A stretch of DNA of 64,000 nucleotides from an uncultured Bacilli bacterium (GCA_947585665.1 CANPXE010000005.1:760-64759); one strand, 5' to 3'. Positions 39,687 through 48,246 are shown, counted from the stretch's first letter. Notes: generated by a model from the letters alone, not told the origin. Numbers and translations: made by a program.

Positions 39687-40295
39687 TTAATCAAGTTTAT
39701 TTACTTTAACAGAAGCTGGTCTAATGATACGACCCTTTAAAGTATATCCTTTTATCAATACTTCTAGGACAATATTATTAGGCTTAGTTTCATCTTTATC
39801 AACTAACATTGCTTGATGGAAGTTGTGATCAAACTCCTTATCTAAGCAATCGATTTCTTCAACCCCATACTTTTTTAGAGTTTCTTTTAAACTATTGTAA
39901 ATCATCATAAATCCATCTAAGAATTTCTTAATTGAATCATCAGCTTTTTGTAATTTAATAGCTCTTTCAAAATTATCAAGAATTGGTAATATTTCTAAAA
40001 TTAAATCTTGATTAGCGAACTTTAGACGATTTTCAACTTCTTCATCTTTACGCTTACGATAATTAATTAATTCAGCGTGTGATGCTTTTAGTTTCTCTTC
40101 TAAATTAGCAATATTATCTTTTAATATTAAGACTTCTTCACTCTCTTCAAAGGTATTATCGTCTATTTTCTCTTCAGCATCTTGATGAGCTTCCATCTTA
40201 CAAACGCCGTCTTTACAACAACATTGTTTTTCTTGTTGTTGTACTTCTTTTTGTTCTTCTTTTACTTCTTCTTTTTTATTTTTCTTTTCCATCAT
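39687..40295 (-). CDS. grpE: nucleotide exchange factor GrpE
   Basis: The C-terminal GrpE core ends GRIIRPASVKV. Its start overlaps the hrcA stop. Confidence 0.9.
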   Translation of the reverse strand: MMEKKNKKEEVKEEQKEVQQQEKQCCCKDGVCKMEAHQDAEEKIDDNTFEESEEVLILKDNIANLEEKLKASHAELINYRKRKDEEVENRLKFANQDLILEILPILDNFERAIKLQKADDSIKKFLDGFMMIYNSLKETLKKYGVEEIDCLDKEFDHNFHQAMLVDKDETKPNNIVLEVLIKGYTLKGRIIRPASVKVNKLD

Positions 40296-41296
40296 CTATC
40301 TCCTTGGTTTTCAATATTTTCTTTAATAAATTCTAGTAAGGCAACAACACGATCATAATCCATACGCTTAGGACCAACGACAACAAGTTTTCCTTCTTCT
40401 TGCGGTGTCTTATAACTAGTTTCAATAACTGTCATATCATCATCGATGTTATTTTCTTTACCAATATAAATGTTGATGTCACTACCTCTTTCTTTTATCT
40501 CATCGACGAGACTTGCAATATTATCATCTTCAAACTTATCAAGAATACGACTAACTTTTTCAATATTATCGAACTCTTTATGTTTTAAGATGTTACGTTT
40601 TCCAATAACGTCAACATTTTTACTAGCAAAGTTATTAAATACATTATAGAAAGCATTGTATAGTTTTTCGTGTTCTTCAACGTAGTTAGCAATAATTGGT
40701 TTAATTTCAAACTCCAATTTTTCACTAACTTCATCAATCGGAGTACCAACAATCATATTATTGATGAGGTTAACTGTTTTCTTAACGTCATTGATATCGA
40801 CATTTGGTAGACTAATATTTTTATGTTCAACATAACCCATATTAGTGACGACGATGACGATTAAGTTATCATCATTCAAAGGAACGATACTAATCTCTTT
40901 CAAAGTATTTTCATGAGATGCACTACCTAATTTAATAGATGTATAATTAGTCATCTCAGAAATCAATTTTAAACTTTCGGCAACACAATCATTGAATTGT
41001 AATTGATTATTATGGAAGATTATTTGTAGTTTTAACATGTCTTCAGCACTCATTTTTTTAATCTCCATTAAATTATCAACGTAATAACGATATCCCTTCT
41101 CACTTGGAACACGTCCACTTGAAGTATGTGTTTTCTCTAAAAGTCCTAATTCTTCTAAGGCTGCCATCTCACTTCTTATTGTTGCGCTTGAACAGTTAAG
41201 AGTATCACATATCAAATTTGAACCAACCGGTTTGGCTAACTTGATATATTCAAGAACTATTATTTTTAATATTTCTTTTTGTCTTTCTGTCAGCAT
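40292..41296 (-). CDS. hrcA: heat-inducible transcription repressor HrcA
   Basis: N-terminal winged helix (LTERQKEILKIIV...PVGS); about 334 aa. CIRCE elements lie upstream. Confidence 0.92.
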   Translation of the reverse strand: MLTERQKEILKIIVLEYIKLAKPVGSNLICDTLNCSSATIRSEMAALEELGLLEKTHTSSGRVPSEKGYRYYVDNLMEIKKMSAEDMLKLQIIFHNNQLQFNDCVAESLKLISEMTNYTSIKLGSASHENTLKEISIVPLNDDNLIVIVVTNMGYVEHKNISLPNVDINDVKKTVNLINNMIVGTPIDEVSEKLEFEIKPIIANYVEEHEKLYNAFYNVFNNFASKNVDVIGKRNILKHKEFDNIEKVSRILDKFEDDNIASLVDEIKERGSDINIYIGKENNIDDDMTVIETSYKTPQEEGKLVVVGPKRMDYDRVVALLEFIKENIENQGDR

Positions 41297-41305
41297 AGTT
41301 ACCTC

Positions 41306-41332
41306 CTAGCACTTTCTTTTTCACAGTGCTAA
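41306..41332 (-). promoter_or_regulatory. CIRCE operator (HrcA binding site)
   Basis: Minus strand reads TTAGCACTG-N9-AAGTGCTAG, compared with the consensus TTAGCACTC-N9-GAGTGCTAA. Confidence 0.85.
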
Positions 41333-41351
41333 TATCATTATATTATTATGG

Positions 41352-41378
41352 TTAGCACTTGTCAACTCTATTTGCTAA
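41352..41378 (-). promoter_or_regulatory. second, degenerate CIRCE-like inverted repeat
   Basis: Plus strand reads TTAGCACTT-N9-ATTTGCTAA, with the same 9-N9-9 geometry. It lies 19 nt upstream of the first element. Confidence 0.55.
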
Positions 41379-41415
41379 AAAATAACATATTTTTTTCGAC
41401 AAAATAAAAAGGAGA

Positions 41416-41958
41416 TTATTTTCCCCTTAAAAATCTTTTCACTTTTTTGTGTTCAATATCCAAACGATATATAGCAATAAGAGCTGATATCAACTCTACA
41501 ACGCTATCTAAAACGCCAACATAAGCTGATACAGCAAGATTATAAATAATCCATAAAATAGCCGCAACTGCCGCAACGATGCGATACAATTTCATATCTT
41601 CAGTATATAGTGCTAAGAAAAAAATGATACTTATTATAACTGGTAAAGTACTAAAGATACCATCATAGGAAACAAATCCAAAAATGACGACTAAAGTTAT
41701 AAAGATGACAGCTACATAAGAAGGACATTTGCGATGTTTCTTTTGAAAAATATAAAAAAGAATGGAACGGCTTATTCCAAATAAACTATTATTTACCCCA
41801 GCATATGCATTTAACATTAAATATTCAAGGGCATAAAAACTATTGGCAACTATTTGCGTTTTTAAGACTTTAGATCGACTACGAAATTGTAAACTAATTG
41901 TATATAAAACAAACGCTATTAAGGCAAATATTTGCGCTACTACTACAGTCGTACTCAT
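41416..41958 (-). CDS. YgjV-like inner membrane protein
   Basis: About 180 aa with five or six TM segments. The pattern FALIAFVLYTISLQFRSRSKVL...ANSFYALEY resembles the YgjV family. Confidence 0.45.
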   Translation of the reverse strand: MSTTVVVAQIFALIAFVLYTISLQFRSRSKVLKTQIVANSFYALEYLMLNAYAGVNNSLFGISRSILFYIFQKKHRKCPSYVAVIFITLVVIFGFVSYDGIFSTLPVIISIIFFLALYTEDMKLYRIVAAVAAILWIIYNLAVSAYVGVLDSVVELISALIAIYRLDIEHKKVKRFLRGK

Positions 41959-42593
41959 AAAACACCTATTTCTTTTAAATTATTTATAAAATCCTCACTT
42001 GTTTTATCGATAAAACGAAAAATGGAAGTCTCATCTAAAACAATGGTTTCTCTTTCTTTGGATTGCTCGGCAATCTCTCCCATCTTCTCGACAATTATTT
42101 GTAATTTATCAAGAGGAATTTCCGATATTTCAGAATTTATATTAGGAAGTTCTTCATAGAACAAAGATAAATCCAAGTTATACTTATCAATCATTTTAAT
42201 ATTTAGATTAGTATAATCATTATATAGTATTGTCATAAATAATTCTGGGGTCAACTTTTTTGTTTCCCCATTTTTATAATGGACTTCATCTTGAGTAGTA
42301 CCACAATAACTATTTATAAAAAGACCAAACCATAACATATCAGCAAATAGATGGCAATAATAACCTAGATTAAATGGATTATCTTTTAATGTATCCTTAT
42401 ATTTATCAAGAAACTTATCTAATTGCGGAATATTATATCCTTCAGCGACTAAAAAATGGGAATCGACTTTTGATTCACCAATTTGTTTACTGATATCAGG
42501 AGCAATACTACCTAATAGAAATTCTTTTTCATGTATTTTTAATATTTCATTTACTTTTTTCGCAATACACATATGAATTATTGCTGATGCCAT
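41955..42593 (-). CDS. zinc-dependent phospholipase C-like family protein
   Basis: The N-terminal pattern SAIIHMCIAKKV...LGSIAPD is seen in this family. AGGTGAGGA RBS favours ATG 42593. Confidence 0.45.
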   Translation of the reverse strand: MASAIIHMCIAKKVNEILKIHEKEFLLGSIAPDISKQIGESKVDSHFLVAEGYNIPQLDKFLDKYKDTLKDNPFNLGYYCHLFADMLWFGLFINSYCGTTQDEVHYKNGETKKLTPELFMTILYNDYTNLNIKMIDKYNLDLSLFYEELPNINSEISEIPLDKLQIIVEKMGEIAEQSKERETIVLDETSIFRFIDKTSEDFINNLKEIGVL

Positions 42594-42620
42594 AATCCTC
42601 ACCTAGTATAATTATAACTA

Positions 42621-42657
42621 AAAAAAAGTAATAGTCAAAGATTGACAGTCATTACTT
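42621..42657 (-). terminator. terminator after the YlmH-like gene
   Basis: Minus strand AAGTAATGACTGTCAA-tct-TTGACTATTACTT (bulged stem) followed by T7. Confidence 0.6.
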
Positions 42658-42676
42658 TACTCTTTTTGACATATTA

Positions 42677-43375
42677 CTAGACATACTTTTGATATTTAAC
42701 AATATAATTGTCCTTTTTCGTTGTTTTTTCAATACCAATAAATTTATACTTTCCAAACTTACGAATACTAAAAATATCCTGTTCTTTTAAAGTATAGGAT
42801 GATTTAGTGAGAACTTCATAATTAACTAAAAGCTCCTTATTTTTAATCTTATCTATGACATTACTACGATTAGTATTAATAATTCTTGAAATAATAGTAT
42901 CAATTCTAAGACTAGAAACAATTATGGAATACTCTTCATATTTTTGATGATAATTTTCTAAATAATTTAGTTCTCTTTCTACTAATTCAATTGGTGCATT
43001 CCTAATGAAGAGAAGATTACTTCTAATATAATTATCGATTATCTTTAATATATAAATGTAATATTTACCATCATCAACAATGATATCACCAAACATTTCA
43101 TTAGTTATATTTAAGGAAAATAAAGTACCTAGGATATCTTGATGACGTAGTTCTACTTTGGATTTTATCTCGTATAAAATTACTTCTGGGGGCGTTGTTA
43201 CATATAGAATAACTTTATTACAATCAGGATATGTTTTAAAAATCTTATATTCATTCTTTTTTAATTTAGACTTTACTAAATTGAAATCTTTTGGATCTAA
43301 AAAGAAAGTACTCTCTCCCCTTTTAATCTTATCAATATTCTTCTTTATGTTATAAATAGTATCACCACCAAAAAT
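42677..43375 (-). CDS. YlmH-like S4-domain RNA-binding protein; N-terminal region lacks a canonical start codon
   Basis: The C-terminal S4 domain is LRIDTIISRII...NKELLVNYEVL. The frame stays open 95 codons upstream of the first ATG (43096) and encodes YlmH-like motifs (FFLDPKDF, RHQDILGTLFSLNITNEMFGDI). It contains no ATG, GTG, TTG or CTG before the in-frame stop at 43379-43381. Confidence 0.55.
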   Translation of the reverse strand: MFGGDTIYNIKKNIDKIKRGESTFFLDPKDFNLVKSKLKKNEYKIFKTYPDCNKVILYVTTPPEVILYEIKSKVELRHQDILGTLFSLNITNEMFGDIIVDDGKYYIYILKIIDNYIRSNLLFIRNAPIELVERELNYLENYHQKYEEYSIIVSSLRIDTIISRIINTNRSNVIDKIKNKELLVNYEVLTKSSYTLKEQDIFSIRKFGKYKFIGIEKTTKKDNYIVKYQKYV

Positions 43376-43386
43376 GGATTAATATA

Positions 43387-43593
43387 TTACTTCTTTAATT
43401 CCAAAACTCTAGGCATTTCTTTTGCCAAACTTTCTGAATAAGCAAGTTCATCATTAATTCTCTCTAGATAAATATTAGCACTTCTTTTCATACTACTCAA
43501 GGCTTCTTTACTAACAATTAAAGGATTTGCAGGCTTTCGCGTTGGTATTTTTGGTAATGGGCCTTTTCCCGATATCGTTATATAGTTTCTCAT
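43387..43593 (-). CDS. 68-aa hypothetical protein
   Basis: Strong GGGAGG RBS and a TTGACA-type promoter upstream. No family recognised. Confidence 0.55.
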   Translation of the reverse strand: MRNYITISGKGPLPKIPTRKPANPLIVSKEALSSMKRSANIYLERINDELAYSESLAKEMPRVLELKK

Positions 43594-43655
43594 GATTACC
43601 TCCCTAACTTATTTTTATATTATAGTAAAAAAATAAAGCTGTCAATTCTTTCATA

Positions 43656-43684
43656 TTTACAAAAAAGGACTTTTGTGGTATAAT
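43656..43684 (+). promoter_or_regulatory. sigma-A-type promoter of the 43713-46551 operon
   Basis: TTTACA-17 nt-TATAAT with a TG at -15/-14. Confidence 0.65.
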
Positions 43685-43712
43685 AAAGAAACTTTTTTTA
43701 GGAGTGATAGAT

Positions 43713-44708
43713 ATGAGTATAGACATAGATAAATTAACAAATGGTGAATATGTGACGGAACCATATACTTTATTGGAAAAATTGGGTGTTACAACACGAC
43801 AAGACGTCATTCAAGCACTAATTTTAATTCATCGTCATAATGCTAAAATAATTGAAAGTGAAAAATATCATCTTATGGAGTTACGTCACCAACAATCAAT
43901 TCTTGATAATTCTCCCTCTCTTGAGCCAACTATAGTTGTTCCTTCATCTATGGAAACTACTCATGAAGAAGAACCTACTTTAGAGCAAGATAATCATATT
44001 GCCGAAATTCTTTTACAAATTGAAGCAAGTGATATTAGTGATATGTATAAATATTTACCTGCACGAGATGATCCTAAGTTTTTTAATGTTCTAAATCAAT
44101 TAATGAGTACTTATTATAAAGAAATAGTTTTTTATAATCGTTATTTAGCAGAATTTAGAGGTAAATTAAGTAGTAGTGAAGCTGAAGAAATTAAAGTCAT
44201 TTTAGATCGTAAAGAAAGTGTTTTTGAAGCCTTAAAAGACTATCGTTTAGGAAATAAAGAAGAAGAATTAGTGCCTGAAGAAAATACTAAACCAGTTTTA
44301 ATTCATTTAGAATCAGCTAATCATGCGTCACTCTTCTGCCAGGACATTGAAAAAATAAATGTTCAACTCTATAAGCATTTTCTTACAATATATGAACCAT
44401 TTATTTTAGGTAAACCTATTACTATTGAAAGGATGAAATATTATCCTAAATTATTAAAATTAAAACAACCTCTTCATCAAGCTCGTATATATTTAACACA
44501 TATTTCTGATAACATCTATACTGTTTTAGGAGCAATTAATAAAAAGACAACTTGGGGTGTATTAGAAAATAATTTTATCAATAATCGTTATACGACTTGG
44601 AATCTTCAACAAAGAAGTATTTTAGGTAGTCTTGATGATCCTTCTTTTATTGAAAAACAGAATGAAAGAACAGAGAAAGTTTTAAGACTTTTAAAAGGTG
44701 AGAAATAA
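43713..44708 (+). CDS. hypothetical protein (331 aa)
   Basis: AGGAG RBS 7 nt before ATG 43713. Acidic central linker. No family recognised. Confidence 0.6.
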   Translation: MSIDIDKLTNGEYVTEPYTLLEKLGVTTRQDVIQALILIHRHNAKIIESEKYHLMELRHQQSILDNSPSLEPTIVVPSSMETTHEEEPTLEQDNHIAEILLQIEASDISDMYKYLPARDDPKFFNVLNQLMSTYYKEIVFYNRYLAEFRGKLSSSEAEEIKVILDRKESVFEALKDYRLGNKEEELVPEENTKPVLIHLESANHASLFCQDIEKINVQLYKHFLTIYEPFILGKPITIERMKYYPKLLKLKQPLHQARIYLTHISDNIYTVLGAINKKTTWGVLENNFINNRYTTWNLQQRSILGSLDDPSFIEKQNERTEKVLRLLKGEK

Positions 44709-44709
44709 T

Positions 44710-46551
44710 ATGGATATAATTAGTTTAATCAAAGACGAAATAAAAGAAAACAATCCATCTCTTGAAGAAGAAAAAATAAAATATATTGATAGTATTTTAA
44801 AAAAGTATAAACAATTACAATTATTATCATTAGATGATATTTCCGTTAGTGAATTGTTTGCTTTAGCATTACTAATCAATGATCAAAATATTAGTTTAAA
44901 AGAAGTAAAAGATGCTGCTTCCAAAGTTCAAAGTGCTTTTACGGAATTATATAAAAATGATTTAAAGTCCTTTTTCAGTTTTTTATGTTCAATATCTAAT
45001 CATGAGGAACCCAATAATATTGATTTATTTGACGGTGAATCAATAAAAATAAATTTTTCTAAAATTAGAGCAAAATTACCTAAATATCATGATTTTAAGG
45101 AGTTCATAACCAAATATGATAAAAGAGTTAATGGTTTTTTTGATGATTGGATAGATCTTATTGATGGTAAGAGTTGTCAAGAAGCAGCTCGTGATGCTAT
45201 CGAATATCGAATTGTTAATGATCAATCACTTGCACGTAGAAGAGATCGTATAGTTAATAATGCTAAGGGCATGATTCGTGAAATTAGTAATTTTGATGAA
45301 GTCATTAATAGAGTATCGTCTTATTTATCTAATTTAAAAAAGGATGTCAGTCATAAAAAGGCCAATATTAGTATTTGTAATGATTTAATAAAACTATTTG
45401 AAAGTAAAAAAAGATTGGATAGTATTGATTCTAAATGGCGTGTTTTATCAAGCAAATTACATATTGCTCTTTTAGCGATTGCCCTAAAGGGTCAAGATAT
45501 AAAATATTATGATTTAAAAGAAGAAGAAGATCATTATGAAAAGGACTTCGCTATTCGAAAGATATTGTTTGATTATGGAATGAATCCCGGTTTAATTAAA
45601 ACTTTAAATGGTTTTATAGTTGATAGTGAAAAATTAAAAGGATTTTTAGATACTTTAAAAGAAAATGGATTTCCTATTAATAGTATTGATGATAAAGACT
45701 TTTTCATGGCTTTATTAAACAGTGACAATGATAGTTTAACAAGAATTTTAGGATATTATAAAACGGGAGCTTTTACTCTTCCCTTTTTAAAGGAACATTA
45801 TGATCAAATAATAAATGATAAAGATGATTGTACTTTTAGAAACTTTAATATTTTTCGTAATGAGAGTGCTCCTTTTAGTTCTGATAGATATGATTGTAGT
45901 TTACTTTTAATGGATAGTGAAGAATTAGAAAGAAGAATTAGTCTTGCGAAAAGTTATGGTTTAGAGTTAATTAAAAATGAAAATGTTTTTAATTTAATTA
46001 AAAATGTAGAATTATTTGATTTAGTTGATTTTGCGATGGAACATCAATTACCAGTTAGTGAAGTCCTAAAAGTAACAGAGGATTTTGATGGTTTTAAAAA
46101 GCGTGTCATAATATCTGAAAACTTTGGCTTTGATGTTTTAACTGATGAAAGAGAAATTGCTTATGGAATCAAAAATGGTAATTCCTTCTTTCTCAGTTGT
46201 AGTGACATCGATGAATTAATTTTAGATACTACACCTTTAAGAGAAATAAAGAGCATGAAAGAAGGATTAGATTCTAGACCAAGAATAGAATTAGATCATA
46301 TTAGTGAACAAGTCCGAACACTTGATGAAAACTTTCTAGATTCTAATAATTTGATATATAACTTTAATGGTGTTTTAATTTCCCGTAATAAAGTTTTAAG
46401 AAATAGTAAAGTTTTAAAAGAAATGTTTCCTAAGGCTAATGAAGATGAAGTATTATATCAATCTATAATATATAAAACTATTTTAAGTGATGATGAAATT
46501 GATACTATTAGCAAATGTATATTTAAAAATAAAGAGAAAAAATTAGTTTAA
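44710..46551 (+). CDS. hypothetical all-helical protein (613 aa) with a recurring short G-[FLM] motif
   Basis: ATG lies 1 nt after the upstream TAA, which indicates translational coupling. No catalytic motif recognised. Confidence 0.6.
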   Translation: MDIISLIKDEIKENNPSLEEEKIKYIDSILKKYKQLQLLSLDDISVSELFALALLINDQNISLKEVKDAASKVQSAFTELYKNDLKSFFSFLCSISNHEEPNNIDLFDGESIKINFSKIRAKLPKYHDFKEFITKYDKRVNGFFDDWIDLIDGKSCQEAARDAIEYRIVNDQSLARRRDRIVNNAKGMIREISNFDEVINRVSSYLSNLKKDVSHKKANISICNDLIKLFESKKRLDSIDSKWRVLSSKLHIALLAIALKGQDIKYYDLKEEEDHYEKDFAIRKILFDYGMNPGLIKTLNGFIVDSEKLKGFLDTLKENGFPINSIDDKDFFMALLNSDNDSLTRILGYYKTGAFTLPFLKEHYDQIINDKDDCTFRNFNIFRNESAPFSSDRYDCSLLLMDSEELERRISLAKSYGLELIKNENVFNLIKNVELFDLVDFAMEHQLPVSEVLKVTEDFDGFKKRVIISENFGFDVLTDEREIAYGIKNGNSFFLSCSDIDELILDTTPLREIKSMKEGLDSRPRIELDHISEQVRTLDENFLDSNNLIYNFNGVLISRNKVLRNSKVLKEMFPKANEDEVLYQSIIYKTILSDDEIDTISKCIFKNKEKKLV

Positions 46552-46565
46552 AAAAAGAAATCATT

Positions 46566-47294
46566 TTATTGATTTCTTTTTTGACATCTTCGACACAATA
46601 CTTTAATTTTATTATTGCTTTCTTGTTTTGGTTGATCTTGTTCTACTTCTGGAACAATACTTTCTACTTTTGCTGGTGTGGTATTATTTGCTTGTATTTG
46701 TTGTGGTGGTGTTTGAAATGCTTTTGGAATCGTACTTTCTACTCTTCCAGGAGCAAGTTCACTTGCTGTTTCCCTTTTTGCTTCACTATTTACTGGGCTT
46801 TTTTCTTCAGTTTTCGTAGTGTTTCCTTTTTCTATTTCTTTTACTTTAGCTAACTCTTTATCCATTGATGAGCTAACTTTTTTCATTTGTCTTAATTCTT
46901 TGGAAATTTGCTTAATTTTTTTATGAGTAATTATTTTAGTTGTTGCACTAGCAGCTATTACAACTCCAGAAATTATACCTAAAGTTATTAAATCACCTGG
47001 ATATAAATCAGTCAAACCTTTTACATAAGCTTTTCCTGGTAAATTTTCAGGCATATATTTAATTACACTATATCCAAATGAAACGACTGGAAATATTACG
47101 CACCAAAGAGCAAATAATGCTACTTTAATAGTATCAAAGCAATTAAATTCCTTCAATTCCTTCCAAAACTCATAATCTTCTTGATGTTCTTTAATTTTGT
47201 TTTGAAGCATTGTTTTTCTCTCTTCTAAAATAGATTGTCTCTCATTATCTCTTTTTCCTTCTGTAACTGGACTTTGATTATTTTCATTATTCAT
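46566..47294 (-). CDS. two-TM membrane protein with a coiled-coil N-terminus and a low-complexity tail (paralogue B)
   Basis: Same architecture as 47320-48060. Contains (R/K)VES-x-(I/V)P repeats and ends KIKVLCRRCQKRNQ. Confidence 0.6.
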   Translation of the reverse strand: MNNENNQSPVTEGKRDNERQSILEERKTMLQNKIKEHQEDYEFWKELKEFNCFDTIKVALFALWCVIFPVVSFGYSVIKYMPENLPGKAYVKGLTDLYPGDLITLGIISGVVIAASATTKIITHKKIKQISKELRQMKKVSSSMDKELAKVKEIEKGNTTKTEEKSPVNSEAKRETASELAPGRVESTIPKAFQTPPQQIQANNTTPAKVESIVPEVEQDQPKQESNNKIKVLCRRCQKRNQ

Positions 47295-47319
47295 ATTATC
47301 ACCTTCCTTTTTTTATAAA

Positions 47320-48060
47320 TTATTGATTATTATTTTTTACAGTTCTTACTTTTACTAAAACTTTAGCCTTATTATCAGTTTTTTCAATTGGCTTGTCACT
47401 ACTAATAGTAGGAGCAAAAGATTCAACTACTGGAGAAATAACTTGTTGTTCTTGACCATTAGAAGTTTCTTTAATAGGAGAATCGACTGTTTTAGAATTG
47501 ATAGTTTTTTCTTTAACTATTGGAGTTTCTTTAGCTACTTTAGAACTATTATCTTTTTCATTAGTTTCTATTTTTTCAGATTTTTTACTTAATAATTCAT
47601 ATCTTTTCTTTTGTTCTGAATCAATTTTGTTTTTTACCATTTTTGATTTTATTTTAAATATACCTAATTCAGGTAATGAAGTTATAAACTGTCCCATTTC
47701 ACCTACAATAACTGGTCCACAAATAATTCCATAGAATGGCCAACCAGCTGAAAGAACATCGCTAACGAGACTATCTATAAATGTACTAATCCCACCCCCA
47801 TTATATTTAACTATGTTAAGGATAAGACAAGCAATAGTAGCAATACTATAAATAAGAGCTGTTGCTCCACCTACAAACTCATCTAAGAACTCCATATCAA
47901 TAGAATCTATGTTACTTTCAATATCGCTAATTTTTCTATTTATATCATCATCTTTTTCCCTAAGTTCTTCTAATTTTTCTTCATTTTCTTCTAATAGTTC
48001 GTCAATACTCTTTTCTCTTTTTTTATCTTTTTTTGTGTTATTATTATTCATTTTTTTCAC
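47320..48060 (-). CDS. two-TM membrane protein with a coiled-coil N-terminus and a low-complexity tail (paralogue A)
   Basis: AAGGTAGGTGA RBS. E/K/D-rich N-terminus, two hydrophobic segments, then a tail with VESFAP that ends KAKVLVKVRTVKNNNQ. Confidence 0.6.
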   Translation of the reverse strand: MKKMNNNNTKKDKKREKSIDELLEENEEKLEELREKDDDINRKISDIESNIDSIDMEFLDEFVGGATALIYSIATIACLILNIVKYNGGGISTFIDSLVSDVLSAGWPFYGIICGPVIVGEMGQFITSLPELGIFKIKSKMVKNKIDSEQKKRYELLSKKSEKIETNEKDNSSKVAKETPIVKEKTINSKTVDSPIKETSNGQEQQVISPVVESFAPTISSDKPIEKTDNKAKVLVKVRTVKNNNQ

Positions 48061-48087
48061 CTACCTTTTTCTCTTTGTCTTGAGAAA

Positions 48088-48211
48088 TAAAAAAACAAGA
48101 CTCTGCATAAATGCAAAGTCTTGTTATGGTTAACATATCGCGGATTAAACATCGAAATGACGCAATATGTATATAAATCAAAGATTTATATCAACTACTC
48201 CCCTTGACATG
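48088..48211 (-). ncRNA. candidate structured small RNA or 5' leader (about 120 nt)
   Basis: Lies between a perfect consensus promoter and a 14-bp terminator. Predicted hairpins are ATATAAATC/GATTTATAT, CATATTGCG/CGCGATATG and the terminator AACAAGACT-TGCA-TTTA-TGCA-AGTCTTGTT followed by T7. No ORF longer than 9 codons. Confidence 0.55.
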
Positions 48212-48217
48212 TTTAGA

Positions 48218-48246
48218 ATTATACCATATTTTGTTGGTTTTGTCAA
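48218..48246 (-). promoter_or_regulatory. consensus sigma-A promoter (extended -10)
   Basis: Minus strand TTGACA-17 nt-TATAAT, with TGg immediately 5' of the -10. The -35 overlaps the TGA stop of the 114-aa gene. Confidence 0.7.

Noticed and set aside
43604-43810. A 68-aa minus-strand ORF from the track that overlaps the start of the 43713 operon.
   Set aside because: It overlaps the promoter, RBS and start of a well-signalled plus-strand gene. It has no RBS and a low-complexity sequence.
48204-48209. A plus-strand TTGACA that might drive an antisense transcript into the 114-aa gene.
   Set aside because: No acceptable -10 hexamer lies at 16-18 nt spacing on the plus strand. The convincing promoter in this region is on the minus strand.
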